A stretch of DNA of 64,000 nt from Coraliomargarita sp. (GTDB lineage Bacteria; Verrucomicrobiota; Verrucomicrobiia; Opitutales; Coraliomargaritaceae): the NCBI GenBank assembly GCA_965216325.1, contig OZ244160.1:576001-640000 (forward strand). The letters run 5' to 3'. The position numbers and the translations under genes are program-made. The notes beneath the pieces were generated by a model. It ran no database searches, had not been told where the DNA came from, and saw only the letters and a list, made by a program, of their open reading frames with translations. Shown in pieces: positions 39,413 to 51,057 of the stretch (the first letter of the stretch is position 1; each line of letters starts with the position of its first letter).

Positions 39413-40345
39413 ATGCAGACCGACCCCGTATCCACAATTCCTGACGCGTATGCGGAACCGGTTGAGAGTTTTTTGGCCTGGCTGGAGTTGGAGCGAGGCT
39501 TGTCGAAGAATACGATTAACTCGTATGCGCGCGATTTGGCGCAGTGTGCTCAGTATTTTTTTAAGCAGAATCTGTCGGATTGGGGCGCAGTGCAGGGCTC
39601 GCATTGTAGCGAGTGGATTTCAACTTTGGCGAAAGCCGACTATGCACGTAGCAGTCAGGCCCGTAAGCTCTCGGCGCTGCGTATGTTTGCGAAGCACTTG
39701 GTGCGGGAGAATCTGCGTAAAGATGATTTTACCGAATTGGCTGCTGCGCCCAAGCTTTCGCGGAAGTTGCCGGATGTGCTGACCATTGAAGAACTCGAGC
39801 GACTGCTGAATGCCCCGCAACTCACGACGCCACATGGCGTGCGTGACCGCGCCATTCTAGAGCTCTTTTACAGCAGTGGCTTACGTGTCTCGGAGCTCTG
39901 TGAGTTGACCTTGCAGGCGATCAACTTGGACGAGGGCTATGTACGGGTCTTTGGTAAGGGCTCCAAGGAGCGCATTGCACCGGTGGGAAGTGCGGCGATC
40001 AAAGCAGTCGAAAATTACTTGTCGGCGGGGCGTCCACATTTCGTAAAAGGGGATACCGGTAGTGCGGTTTTCCTGAGTCAGCGTGGCAAGCCGATCTCAC
40101 GCAAGATGGTGTGGGTGATGATTAAGCAGCATGCTGCAAAAGTTGGCATCAAGAAACCGATCAAGCCGCACCTGTTGCGCCACTCTTTCGCCACGCATTT
40201 GCTCGAGGGGGGGGCGGACCTACGAGCGATTCAGGAGATGCTGGGACACGCCGATATCTCAACGACACAGATTTACACCGCAGTTCAAGCGAGCCGACTT
40301 GCGGATGAGCATGCGCTGCATCACCCGCGGGCTAAGCAATCGTAG
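39413..40345 (+). CDS. xerD: Tyrosine recombinase XerD
   Basis: ERGLSKNT..SY..DL, SGLRVSEL, GKGSKER, HLLRHSFATHLL and LGHADISTTQIYT motifs. Confidence 0.93.
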   Translation: MQTDPVSTIPDAYAEPVESFLAWLELERGLSKNTINSYARDLAQCAQYFFKQNLSDWGAVQGSHCSEWISTLAKADYARSSQARKLSALRMFAKHLVRENLRKDDFTELAAAPKLSRKLPDVLTIEELERLLNAPQLTTPHGVRDRAILELFYSSGLRVSELCELTLQAINLDEGYVRVFGKGSKERIAPVGSAAIKAVENYLSAGRPHFVKGDTGSAVFLSQRGKPISRKMVWVMIKQHAAKVGIKKPIKPHLLRHSFATHLLEGGADLRAIQEMLGHADISTTQIYTAVQASRLADEHALHHPRAKQS

Positions 40346-40407
40346 CACAGGCATCTTGCCTGTATCATCTAGGCCTGCATGAAAAATAGGCGGGACGCCT
40401 GTTCTAC
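40342..40407. repeat. REPIN family B
   Basis: GTAGCACAGGCATCTTGCCTGT ... ATAGGCGGGACGCCTGTTCTAC. Confidence 0.85.
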
Positions 40408-40718
40408 CAATAATCTGGCATGAAGCTAGCTGTAGCCATGCTTAGCTTTTTGCAGATCCACTTGCACCCTTGGACTTCCTCTTCATAGTTTCAAGTGTTC
40501 TGCTTTTACTCGAACGATGCAAACGGACTTCCCGAAGAATATGTTACAAATTGTTAATGGCAGATTTATGATGCGAGGCACCACAAACCTGCCTTTCGAT
40601 GTCGTGTTCGGGAATTCCTTCGGCGACCAAGGCACATGGCTGCCTGTCAGGCCTGCGGTTGCCGAGCACCTTGCTCATCCGATTGCATGATTCGAGTGTA
40701 ACCCTCCGCTGCTTAAGA

Positions 40719-42017
40719 ATGTCGAAAAATATTGGTTTTATTTCCACGCGCTTTGCGGGTTCCGATGGTGTGTCCTTGGAAAGCGCGAAATGGGCGGAAG
40801 TTCTCTGGGACGATCAACATGTGAGCTACTGGTATAGTGGCCGAAATGACCGTGATCCCGGGTGTAGTTATTGTGTGCCGGAGGCGTATTTTGGTCATCC
40901 GGAGAATGAATGGATCAATGAGCGGATCTGGGGCCACACCCAACGTGACCCCATCGTAACCGAGCGTATCCTGGAGATGGCCAGCTATCTGAAGCAGACG
41001 CTCTACGACTTTGTGGAATACCACAAAATTGACATCCTTATTCCACAGAATGTGCTCGCGATTCCGATGCATGTGCCGCTCGGAATTGCGGTGACCGAGT
41101 TTCTTGCAGAGACACAGATGCCTGCCATCGCGCACCAACATGATTTTTATTGGGAGCGTACGCGTTTCTCTGTCGGCGCGGTGAAGGACTATCTCGACAT
41201 GGCCTTTCCACCGAGTTTGCCGCATTTGCACCACATTGGGATCAATCAGGCTGCGATCGAGCAGATGTCGCTGCGCAAGGGCGTGACCGCGACGCTCATG
41301 CCAAATGTGTTTGATTTTGATAATCCACCGCCGGAAACACACGACCCGTATACCGCGGATATACGCGATGAGATTGGAATTAGCCAAGATGACATTCTGA
41401 TCCTGCAGCCGACTCGTATTGTGCCGCGCAAGGGAATCGAGCATGCAATTAAGCTGGTCGGGATGCTCAACGATGATCGCTATAAACTAGTGATTTCGCA
41501 TGACGCAGGTGATGAGGGACTCGACTATAAGCATCAACTGGAAGAACTCGCGCGCCAGGAGGGCGTCGACCTCCGCTTCTTTGCTGCGCGAATTGGGGAG
41601 GTTCGCCAAGTCGACCATGAGGGGAATAAGATCTACACTCTCTGGGATATCTACCGGCATGCAGATTTGATGACCTATCCGAGCACCTATGAGGGCTTTG
41701 GGAATGCCCTGCTGGAGGCGATTTATTTCCGGGTTCCTGTGATCATTAATCGCTACTCGATCTATGTGCAGGATATTGAGCCGAAGGGCTTCCGCTTGCT
41801 CGAGATGGACGGCTTTATCACTGCTGAGCTAGTTGAAGAGGTGCGCCGCGTTATCGAGGATAAACAGTATCGCGATGAGATTGTAGATCATAATTACAAG
41901 GTGGCCCGTTACTACTACAGTTATACCGTGCTGCGCCGAGTGCTCCGTCACCACATTGCAATGCTGACCGGTGACACTCCAATGTCCTCAACGCGTAAAA
42001 GAAAGCGTTCCAAATGA
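40719..42017 (+). CDS. GT4 glycosyltransferase (mannosylglucosylglycerate synthase-like)
   Basis: DGVSLESAKW, HDFYWER, QPTRIVPRKGIE and YPSTYEGFGNA motifs. Confidence 0.85.
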   Translation: MSKNIGFISTRFAGSDGVSLESAKWAEVLWDDQHVSYWYSGRNDRDPGCSYCVPEAYFGHPENEWINERIWGHTQRDPIVTERILEMASYLKQTLYDFVEYHKIDILIPQNVLAIPMHVPLGIAVTEFLAETQMPAIAHQHDFYWERTRFSVGAVKDYLDMAFPPSLPHLHHIGINQAAIEQMSLRKGVTATLMPNVFDFDNPPPETHDPYTADIRDEIGISQDDILILQPTRIVPRKGIEHAIKLVGMLNDDRYKLVISHDAGDEGLDYKHQLEELARQEGVDLRFFAARIGEVRQVDHEGNKIYTLWDIYRHADLMTYPSTYEGFGNALLEAIYFRVPVIINRYSIYVQDIEPKGFRLLEMDGFITAELVEEVRRVIEDKQYRDEIVDHNYKVARYYYSYTVLRRVLRHHIAMLTGDTPMSSTRKRKRSK

Positions 42018-43750
42018 TTAAGTCTGTATCCAGAGAACAACTACGTAGTGTTCGTCGTCGCTTGACACGTTTGTATGGTGGTGACGCTGAGAAATTGCTG
42101 GAGCGTTTCTTTATGCATATCGGCCGCTATGGGGTCGGGGGGATCGAGACACTGGCGAAGCCACAGTTGTGGAGTGAGCACGATAGCGTGTTGATCACGT
42201 ATGCGGATAGCTTGCAAAGCGAGGAGTCCGGATCGCCCTTGCGGGCGCTCAATCAATTTGCCTGTGAGCATTTGAAAGGAGCGATCAGCACAATCCACCT
42301 GTTGCCGTTTTACCCATGGTCGTCGGATGACGGATTCTCCGTTATCGATTATCGCCAAGTCGATCCAAGTGGGGGTACGTGGCAGGATGTTGAACAACTC
42401 GGACAGGAGTTCGACCTCATGTTCGACTTGGTGCTCAATCACTGTTCCGCAAAGAGCAGCTGGTTTAAGGATTTCATCGCGGGGATCGAGCCAGCACGCC
42501 ACTACTTCTTGGATATGGACCCGAAGAAGGACTACTCGGAAGTGGTTCGACCGCGCACGAGTCCACTGCTCACACCGACCCGCACGCGTGATGGCGAGGC
42601 AAATATTTGGACGACCTTTTCTGCCGATCAGGTCGACCTCAATTGGCAAAACCCCGAAGTCCTGTTTGAGTTTATCGATATCCTGATGCTCTACATTTCA
42701 AAGGGCATGCGTATCGCACGTCTGGATGCGGTGGCCTTTGTCTGGAAGCAACTGGGCACAAACTGTATTCACCTGGCGGAGACGCATGAGATCGTTAAGC
42801 TCTTCCGCGATATCATTGAGATTATTGCTCCCAGCACGATTCTGCTGACGGAGACCAACGTTCCGCATGACGAGAACATCAGTTACTTCGGCGATGGAGA
42901 TGAAGCACAGATGGTCTATCAGTTTAGTCTTCCTCCGCTCTTGTTGCACGGACTCGCGACTGGCAATGCCAGCTATCTAACGAAGTGGGCTACGGAGCTC
43001 GCACCGCCGCCAGCTGGCTGCACCTTCTTTAACTTCACCGCGAGTCACGACGGGGTCGGGGTGCGTCCGATCGAAGGTTTGCTGCCTGAGAAGGAAAAGA
43101 ATAAGTTGATCCAGCATGTGCAGGATGCGGGCGGTAAGATCAATTGGCGTGCGATGCCTGACGGTTCGAAGCAGCCGTATGAACTGAATATTACGTACTA
43201 TTCGGCACTGTCCGAAGGCCTCAGTCCAGAGCTCGGTTCGGCGCGCTTCCTTTGTTCGCAGGCATTGATGCTCTCCTTGCGCGGCATTCCGGGGGTCTAT
43301 CTCCACAGTTTGACGGCAACGCCAAATTACCACGAGGGAGTTGAAGCGACCGGTATCAATCGTCGTATTAACCGCCGTAAGTGGCAGGCGGACGAGTTGA
43401 GCGATCATCTGGGTGATGAGATGAATAAGGCGACCTTCCGTAGTTATCTGAAGATGCTGCGTAAGCGTTCCAGCCACCCGGCTTTCCATCCGGATGCGGA
43501 GCAGCATGTGTTCGACGTCGATCCGGAGCTGTTTGTGCATAGCCGTATCTCGATCGACCGCAATGAGGTGATCTTCTGTATCTACAACTTCTCGGATCAG
43601 GTGAAGACGATCACCAATCCAATGGACTCTGAGTTATTGAAGAATACCAAGTACTTCTACGATATTTTGACCAGTCGCAAGCTGGGTTCCGGGAAGAAGG
43701 GCCTCAAGTTAGAGCCGTATCAGGCCCTCTGGCTTGTGCCGCGCAGCTAG
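42014..43750 (+). CDS. GH13_18 sugar phosphorylase (glucosylglycerate phosphorylase-like)
   Basis: LITYAD, SSDDGFSVIDY, DLVLNH, WTTFSADQVDLN, RLDAVAF, TETNVPH and ASHDG motifs. Confidence 0.9.
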   Translation: MIKSVSREQLRSVRRRLTRLYGGDAEKLLERFFMHIGRYGVGGIETLAKPQLWSEHDSVLITYADSLQSEESGSPLRALNQFACEHLKGAISTIHLLPFYPWSSDDGFSVIDYRQVDPSGGTWQDVEQLGQEFDLMFDLVLNHCSAKSSWFKDFIAGIEPARHYFLDMDPKKDYSEVVRPRTSPLLTPTRTRDGEANIWTTFSADQVDLNWQNPEVLFEFIDILMLYISKGMRIARLDAVAFVWKQLGTNCIHLAETHEIVKLFRDIIEIIAPSTILLTETNVPHDENISYFGDGDEAQMVYQFSLPPLLLHGLATGNASYLTKWATELAPPPAGCTFFNFTASHDGVGVRPIEGLLPEKEKNKLIQHVQDAGGKINWRAMPDGSKQPYELNITYYSALSEGLSPELGSARFLCSQALMLSLRGIPGVYLHSLTATPNYHEGVEATGINRRINRRKWQADELSDHLGDEMNKATFRSYLKMLRKRSSHPAFHPDAEQHVFDVDPELFVHSRISIDRNEVIFCIYNFSDQVKTITNPMDSELLKNTKYFYDILTSRKLGSGKKGLKLEPYQALWLVPRS

Positions 43751-43796
43751 GGGACACAAAAAACGCCACATGAAAAAATGTGACGTCAATTTCTCC

Positions 43797-43879
<83 letters not shown>

Positions 43880-43944
43880 GATAGAGAAAGCAGAGGTTAA
43901 TGCAGCGGGAAAAATCAGCTGTCAACTATTCAAACAGAAGTTTT

Positions 43945-44020
43945 ACCGCTTAAATACGCTTAATAGCGCTAAAGTCCCTTAGTTTGAGGTTTTAGCGTCA
44001 ACTAAGCGCATTTTAGCGGT
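43945..44020. repeat. ACCGCTAA-type periodic inverted repeat between the divergent tRNAs
   Basis: ACCGCTTAAATACGCTTAATAGCGCTAAA ... TTTAGCGTCAACTAAGCGCATTTTAGCGGT. Confidence 0.65.
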
Positions 44021-44100
44021 CTGAACTAATCTTTCCCAGAAATGTAATCTGATGCTTGCATTGGAGAAAAACCACGCCATAACCGTCCACCATCACTTTA

Positions 44101-44182
<82 letters not shown>

Positions 44183-44187
44183 TTTTG

Positions 44188-44221
44188 AAGCGGCTTTGAA
44201 TTTTCAGGGCCGCTTTTTTTT
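44188..44221 (+). terminator. Terminator after tRNA-Leu(CAA), duplicated at about 44313-44344
   Basis: AAGCGGCTTTGAA-TT-TTCAGGGCCGCTTTTTTTT. Confidence 0.85.
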
Positions 44222-44289
44222 GTTTGAGGGTCTCACCGCGGTGGCCCGATTCGCTTCGCGATCGGTCATGTCGGCCTTCGGCCTCGGAA

Positions 44290-44347
44290 CGACCCCCATT
44301 CTGGGTATTTTGAAGCGGCTTTGAATTTTCAGGGCCGCTTTTTTGTT
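44290..44347 (+). repeat. Direct repeat of the tRNA-Leu(CAA) 3' end plus terminator
   Basis: Matches 44165-44224 apart from T-tract length. Confidence 0.93.
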
Positions 44348-44401
44348 ACCCGATGCCGAGCTGGGGCTTGCGAAGCTTAGTCTGCTTTGGTCTGGTGAGG
44401 T

Positions 44402-46030
44402 ATGTCACTTTCGCTTGTTCAGCCGTTTTCGTCTCGGACAGTTCTTTCCGTAGTGGTGACCTTGCTCTTGAGTACTGGCTTGGCTCAGTTGGAGCGTTCG
44501 GAGTTTATGTTGCTGACGCTGTGGCCGAGTCTGGTGGCTTTGCTCGTAGTTGTGCTCTCGCGCAGTGCCTTTGTTGGGCTGCTGTCTGGGGCAGTTTCTG
44601 GGGCTTTGCTGATATCGCAGGGGAATCCTTTGGACTCCGTGACCTATCTGATTACGCAGCAATTTTTGCCCATATTCCAATCCTCGTGGAAACTCAGTGC
44701 GGTTGCCTTTACGCTGATTCTGGGGGGCTTTGTCGCGCTCGTTGAAGCGGGTGGTGGTTTGCAGGCATTAGTCAGACGGTTGTTGGGCGATGGTCGAGCG
44801 CCTGCCAAGCGGATGCAATTGACGGTCTTTGGTATGGGGCTACTGGTCTTCTTTGATGGTTTGGCGAATACGATGCTGATTGGTCGCTTGCTTCGCTCGG
44901 CGGCGGATCGCTGTGGAGTCTCGAGAGTGAAGCTTGCGTATTTGGCAGATGCGACGGGTTCGGCTGTCGCGTGCCTGGCCTTTGTGTCGACTTGGATTGC
45001 ATTCCAGTTGTCGATGATTCGCCAGGGCTATGAGGCTGTGGGGCTAGAGGTGAGTGCCTATAGTTTATTCTTCAGATCCTTGCCGATGAATTTCTATTGC
45101 TGGTTTGCGCTGGGGATGGCCTTGGTTTGTGTGCTGCGCCGTTTCAATCCGGGGCCGATGGGACGCTACGAACAGGAGGCTGTCTCGAGTTTTGTTGAGA
45201 CCAGGGATATGGAGCGTAATGCGCCACGTGCTCATTGGCTGATGGCGCTGTTGCCGATTGCGGTGCTCACGCTGTCGATCCCAGTGCTGAGCTATGTGAT
45301 CGGCGCCGACTCGCTTTGGCCGTTTAACTTGTCAAAATTCGCGACAGCATATGGTGCCGCGGAAAACCATGTGCCTTTGATTCTTGTGGCTGCATCGGTG
45401 ATTGCTGCGTTGACCGCGGCGCTCTTTGTGAAGCTGGGCCCTGTGCAAGTATCGGTGTCGCCCGTCTTTATCTCCGGAGTACGAGATTTGTTGAAGCCGG
45501 TAGCCATTCTCTTGGCGGCCTGGTTGCTGGGGGGCGTTATTTCGAATTTGGGAGCTGCGGAAGTCATCAGTTCCGCGCTGACTGGCAACATTCCGCTGGC
45601 TTGCCTGCCATTGGTCATTTTTCTGGCGGGAGCTGCGATTTCGTTTTCGACTGGAACTTCCTGGGGCACGATGGGGGTGCTCATGCCCTTGGCGATCCCG
45701 GTGGTATTTACTTTGGCAGGTGAGGGGATGGATGCTGAAAGGGATCGTTTAATTGTGGCTGCGATTGGTGCGGTGTTTAGTGGTGCAGTCTTTGGCGATC
45801 ATTGTAGTCCGTTTTCGGATACGACGATTGTAGCGTCGATTGCGGCAGGAGTAGAGCCCTTTGATCATGTGCGCACGCAGTTGCCCTTTGCGTTGATTAC
45901 GGCGGCGTGTGCGATTCTGTTTGGTTTCTTGCCCTTGGGCTATGGTTTGTCGGCTTGGGCTTGCTTAATTGGCGGTCTCGGCTTCCTGTGGCTACTGCCG
46001 AATGTAAAGAATTTAGTAGTCAGAAGTTAG
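44402..46030 (+). CDS. Na+/H+ antiporter NhaC-family membrane protein
   Basis: SRVKLAYLAD, FSTGTSWGTMG, GAVFGDHCSP.SDTTI and HVRTQLP motifs. Confidence 0.9.
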   Translation: MSLSLVQPFSSRTVLSVVVTLLLSTGLAQLERSEFMLLTLWPSLVALLVVVLSRSAFVGLLSGAVSGALLISQGNPLDSVTYLITQQFLPIFQSSWKLSAVAFTLILGGFVALVEAGGGLQALVRRLLGDGRAPAKRMQLTVFGMGLLVFFDGLANTMLIGRLLRSAADRCGVSRVKLAYLADATGSAVACLAFVSTWIAFQLSMIRQGYEAVGLEVSAYSLFFRSLPMNFYCWFALGMALVCVLRRFNPGPMGRYEQEAVSSFVETRDMERNAPRAHWLMALLPIAVLTLSIPVLSYVIGADSLWPFNLSKFATAYGAAENHVPLILVAASVIAALTAALFVKLGPVQVSVSPVFISGVRDLLKPVAILLAAWLLGGVISNLGAAEVISSALTGNIPLACLPLVIFLAGAAISFSTGTSWGTMGVLMPLAIPVVFTLAGEGMDAERDRLIVAAIGAVFSGAVFGDHCSPFSDTTIVASIAAGVEPFDHVRTQLPFALITAACAILFGFLPLGYGLSAWACLIGGLGFLWLLPNVKNLVVRS

Positions 46031-46043
46031 AAGATAGAAATTT

Positions 46044-46901
46044 ATGACGATACGAATTGAGGATAATTTTGAGGATGTGCTGATGAAGGCCTCGACAGGC
46101 TTGGGCTATGGTAAGCACGAGTTGGCAGAGCGCGCAGGTATATCCCTGGACGCGGTTGCTGCTTTGTTAAATGCCGAGGTCGATGAAGCCAGCTTGCGAG
46201 CGGTTGCACTTGTATTGGAATTGGATGCGGATGCCTTGATTTCGATGGCGAAGCAAGCATGGCAGCCGGGCGAAATTGAATTGGATGGTTTGCGTTGCTA
46301 TAACACGCCGTTCCCAGTCGAGGGTTATGAAGAGATGACCGTGAATAGCTACTTGGTCTGGAATCCAAAGGACAAGGTTGCGGTAGCCTTTGATACGGGT
46401 GCCAATGTCGATGCGATGCTGGCTGACATCGAGACGCTTGGCTTGGACCTGCAGGCGTTGGTGATTACGCATACACACCGTGATCATATCGCTGCGTATG
46501 ATGCGCTTTTAGCGAAGATTGAGGGCAAGGTTGCCTTTGCACCCAAGCTGGAGCCGTGGGCTGATGCGGATCAATTGGAGCACGGCGATACAATCGAGTT
46601 TGAGGGGCTCTTTATTCAAGCGCGTCAGACGAATGGCCACTCGCCCGGAGGTATGAGCTATGTGATCGAGGGCTTGGAACGGCCTGTTGCAATTGTGGGT
46701 GACTCCTTGTTTTGTCTCTCGCAGGGCGGTGCGCAGGAGCATTATTCACAGGCCTTGCAGAATAACCGCGAGTGGTTGCTCTCGCTCAGTACGGATACCA
46801 TTCTTTGCCCAGGACACGGTCCGATGACGACTGTGGCCAATGAGCAAGCTCACAACCCTTTCTTCCCTGAATTCAAACAATCCGCAGACTCTGCGAGTTA
46901 G
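46044..46901 (+). CDS. MBL-fold metallo-hydrolase with N-terminal HTH-like domain
   Basis: THTHRDH, GHSPG, GDSLF and PGHGP motifs. N-terminal ELAERAGIS. Confidence 0.88.
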   Translation: MTIRIEDNFEDVLMKASTGLGYGKHELAERAGISLDAVAALLNAEVDEASLRAVALVLELDADALISMAKQAWQPGEIELDGLRCYNTPFPVEGYEEMTVNSYLVWNPKDKVAVAFDTGANVDAMLADIETLGLDLQALVITHTHRDHIAAYDALLAKIEGKVAFAPKLEPWADADQLEHGDTIEFEGLFIQARQTNGHSPGGMSYVIEGLERPVAIVGDSLFCLSQGGAQEHYSQALQNNREWLLSLSTDTILCPGHGPMTTVANEQAHNPFFPEFKQSADSAS

Positions 46902-46911
46902 ATTTTGTTTG

Positions 46912-47094
46912 TTGAACCGTTAATTTACGTGAATTACTCGGCCATCTCCACGTTGTTCCGTTACGTTAATTGGACGAGTTGCTTTGAGTTCAATGAATGC
47001 CATGGGGATCAATTGTTAACTTTATAGCACTATTACGATTAACGGGCCTAGTTTACGTATGATTCATGTTAATTGACGTTCATTAACGGTCCGA
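46912..47094. repeat. AACCGTTAA-family inverted-repeat element
   Basis: TTGAACCGTTAATTTACGTGAATTAC ... GTTAATTGACGTTCATTAACGGT, with internal partial units. Confidence 0.7.
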
Positions 47095-47162
47095 ACCCTT
47101 CTTTTAGACTTCTTAGAAACTGCTGTCGCAGTTCCTCTACAAACCTCTACAGATTATTGATT

Positions 47163-48218
47163 ATGCCAATCAAACGCACGACTACCAAGCGCCCAGCCAA
47201 GAAACGTATCACACAAAAACGTACAAAGATCGGCTTTGTCGGAGTCGGCCGCATGGGAGCTAACATGGCTCGTCGCCTTAAGGACTGTGGCTACCCAATT
47301 ACAGCTATTTATGATACCAACCAAGTGGTGGCCAAAGAACTGGCCGCTGAGCTGGGTGGTGCCGCGGTGACCAAATTGTCTGAGGTGACTGCCGCAGCAC
47401 AGGTGGTGATTACGGTGGTATCCGATGATGCGGCGATGAAGCAGATCTTCTCGGGCAAGAAGGACAACCTTCTGCAAGGAGCTGAGGGCACGCTGTTTAT
47501 TAATTGCGCAACCGTCAGCCCCTCGGTGCATGTGGAGGTGGAAGCCCTCGCGAATGCGGCTGGTGCAAATACGTTGGAAGGATGCATGGCGTCCTCGATC
47601 CCACAAGCTCGTGAAGGTTCGTTGTATTTGATGATTGGTGGCCAGCAAGACGTGTTCCGCAAGGCGCGCACCATTCTGAAGTTTTTGAGCAAGGATTTGA
47701 TCTATGTCGGTGAAGCGGGCAGTGCGGCCAAAGTGAAGGCCTTAGTCAACATGGTGATGAACATCAATACGGCGGCATTGGCGGAAGGGCTTGGCTTGGG
47801 GCATGCCTTGGGACTCGATTTGAAGATGCTGTGCAAGGTCTTTGCTCAGACTGGAGCCAATAGTCGCGTGTTGGAAACCGATGCGGCGGACATGCTGGAT
47901 CGCGATCATGATTGTTATTTCTCGGCGGCTCACGCGGCCAAGGATTCGGGGATTGCCCTAAAGTTGGCCAAGCAGGAGGGCTTACGACTACCTCTGGCTA
48001 AAGCGACCAAGGAGCAATATGATGTCTTGGCAGCAGGCGGCTTGGGCGAGTTGGATAAGTCTGCGGTTGCAGAGTTGACCTTCTGCGACCGTAGTCCGGA
48101 CCTGGCTAAGGCTAAGCGTGTGCAGAAAACCAAGCGTCTGAAGAAATCGAAAGATACTAAGAAGACCAAGAAGGGAAAAAACGATACGAAGGCGAAGGGC
48201 TCGAAGAAGAAAAAATAG
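47163..48218 (+). CDS. Beta-hydroxyacid (3-hydroxyisobutyrate-type) dehydrogenase with basic N- and C-terminal tails
   Basis: IGFVGVGRMGANMA, AAKVKALVN and HAAKD motifs. Lys/Arg-rich termini. Confidence 0.88.
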   Translation: MPIKRTTTKRPAKKRITQKRTKIGFVGVGRMGANMARRLKDCGYPITAIYDTNQVVAKELAAELGGAAVTKLSEVTAAAQVVITVVSDDAAMKQIFSGKKDNLLQGAEGTLFINCATVSPSVHVEVEALANAAGANTLEGCMASSIPQAREGSLYLMIGGQQDVFRKARTILKFLSKDLIYVGEAGSAAKVKALVNMVMNINTAALAEGLGLGHALGLDLKMLCKVFAQTGANSRVLETDAADMLDRDHDCYFSAAHAAKDSGIALKLAKQEGLRLPLAKATKEQYDVLAAGGLGELDKSAVAELTFCDRSPDLAKAKRVQKTKRLKKSKDTKKTKKGKNDTKAKGSKKKK

Positions 48219-48315
48219 GTTCTCCACTTGCGGGTGCACGGCGTCGGGGGGGGGCACGAGTGAGTTTACCATCCGGAAGTGACGCACAAGTGCGCACTTT
48301 ACAGTTTTGGAATAT

Positions 48316-48339
48316 ACATATCAAAATATCCTGATATGT
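48316..48339. promoter_or_regulatory. Palindromic operator upstream of metK (SahR/ArsR-like)
   Basis: ACATATCA-AAATATCC-TGATATGT, 52 bp before the metK start. Confidence 0.65.
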
Positions 48340-48391
48340 TGATGTAAGTTCTTGCAAACAGCTGCGATCCAGCTATCTCAGATCGCAGTCT

Positions 48392-49555
48392 ATGAGCAAG
48401 AACTTCATATTTTCCTCCGAATCCGTTGGCGAAGGCCACCCGGATAAAGTATCCGATTATATCTCGGACAGCATTCTGGATGCCTGCTTGGAGCAGGATC
48501 CTAAGAGCCGTGTTGCCTGCGAGACTCTGGTGAAGAGCAACTGTGTGGTACTCGCTGGTGAGATCACCACTAACGCCAAGCTCAACTACGAGGAGATTGT
48601 TCGTCAAGCCATCCGCGAGATCGGCTATGTGAACGATGACGACGTTTTTCACGCCGACAAGGTGTTCGTTTCCAACATTCTGACTGCCCAGTCTTCCGAC
48701 ATCGCGCAAGGTGTGGATGCTGCGGGTGCCGATGGCAAGGACACTGAAGAGCAGGGCGCGGGCGACCAGGGAATCATGTTCGGTTACGCTTGTAACCAAA
48801 CTCCTGAGTTGATGCCTGCGCCGGTGATGTTCGCACACCGTTTGCTTCGTGAAATGGCGCACCAGCGTAAGGACGTGAAGGTGCCTTGGCTCCGCCCGGA
48901 CGTGAAGAGTCAGGTCGCGCTTGAGTATATCGATGGCAAGCCAGTCGCGATTAAGAACGTGGTGATTTCCACACAGCATGCTGCGGATGTCTCACACGCT
49001 CAGATCAAAGAGTTCTGCATCGAGGAAGTCATTCGCAAGGTGCTTCCAGTTGAACTGCTCAAGGACGAGACTGAGTATTTAATCAATCCAACCGGCAAGT
49101 TCGTGATCGGTGGTCCACAGGGTGACGCAGGTCTCACAGGCCGTAAGATCATTGTCGACACCTATGGTGGTTGGGCACGTCACGGTGGTGGCGCCTTCTC
49201 CGGCAAGGATCCATCCAAGGTTGACCGCTCAGCAGCTTACTTCACTCGCTGGGTCGCGAAGAATATCGTCGCCGCTGGCCTTGCGGATGAGTGTGAGCTC
49301 GAAGTCGCGTATGCAATTGGTCACCCATACCCAACCAGCATCCACGTAGATAGCTTTGGCACGGGTAAGATCGACGACGACAAGATCGCCGAGGCCGCAC
49401 AAAAGGTCTTTAGCTTCAAGCCAGCAGACATCGTTAGCCAGCTCGACTTGCTGCGCCCAATATACCGCGAGTCCACACACTACGGTCACTTTGCTAAGGA
49501 TAACTTACCATGGGAATCCACCGCGAAGGCTGAAGAACTCAAGGCAGCACTGTAG
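48392..49555 (+). CDS. metK: S-adenosylmethionine synthetase
   Basis: [17 protein letters not shown] and GGGAFSGKD motifs. Confidence 0.98.
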   Translation: MSKNFIFSSESVGEGHPDKVSDYISDSILDACLEQDPKSRVACETLVKSNCVVLAGEITTNAKLNYEEIVRQAIREIGYVNDDDVFHADKVFVSNILTAQSSDIAQGVDAAGADGKDTEEQGAGDQGIMFGYACNQTPELMPAPVMFAHRLLREMAHQRKDVKVPWLRPDVKSQVALEYIDGKPVAIKNVVISTQHAADVSHAQIKEFCIEEVIRKVLPVELLKDETEYLINPTGKFVIGGPQGDAGLTGRKIIVDTYGGWARHGGGAFSGKDPSKVDRSAAYFTRWVAKNIVAAGLADECELEVAYAIGHPYPTSIHVDSFGTGKIDDDKIAEAAQKVFSFKPADIVSQLDLLRPIYRESTHYGHFAKDNLPWESTAKAEELKAAL

Positions 49556-49594
49556 AGATTACGATTAAGAGCCAGATTAGGATTAAGAATTACT

Positions 49595-51034
<1,440 letters not shown>

Positions 51035-51057
51035 GCGAGATCATAAACCTAACTTTC

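Noticed and set aside
39413..40345. Tyrosine recombinase as an island or integron integrase
   Set aside because: It has typical housekeeping XerD features and context, with no IntI insertion or attC cassettes.
48219..48391. SAM riboswitch upstream of metK
   Set aside because: No SAM-I or SAM-II consensus was recognisable by eye. An operator-like palindrome is present instead.
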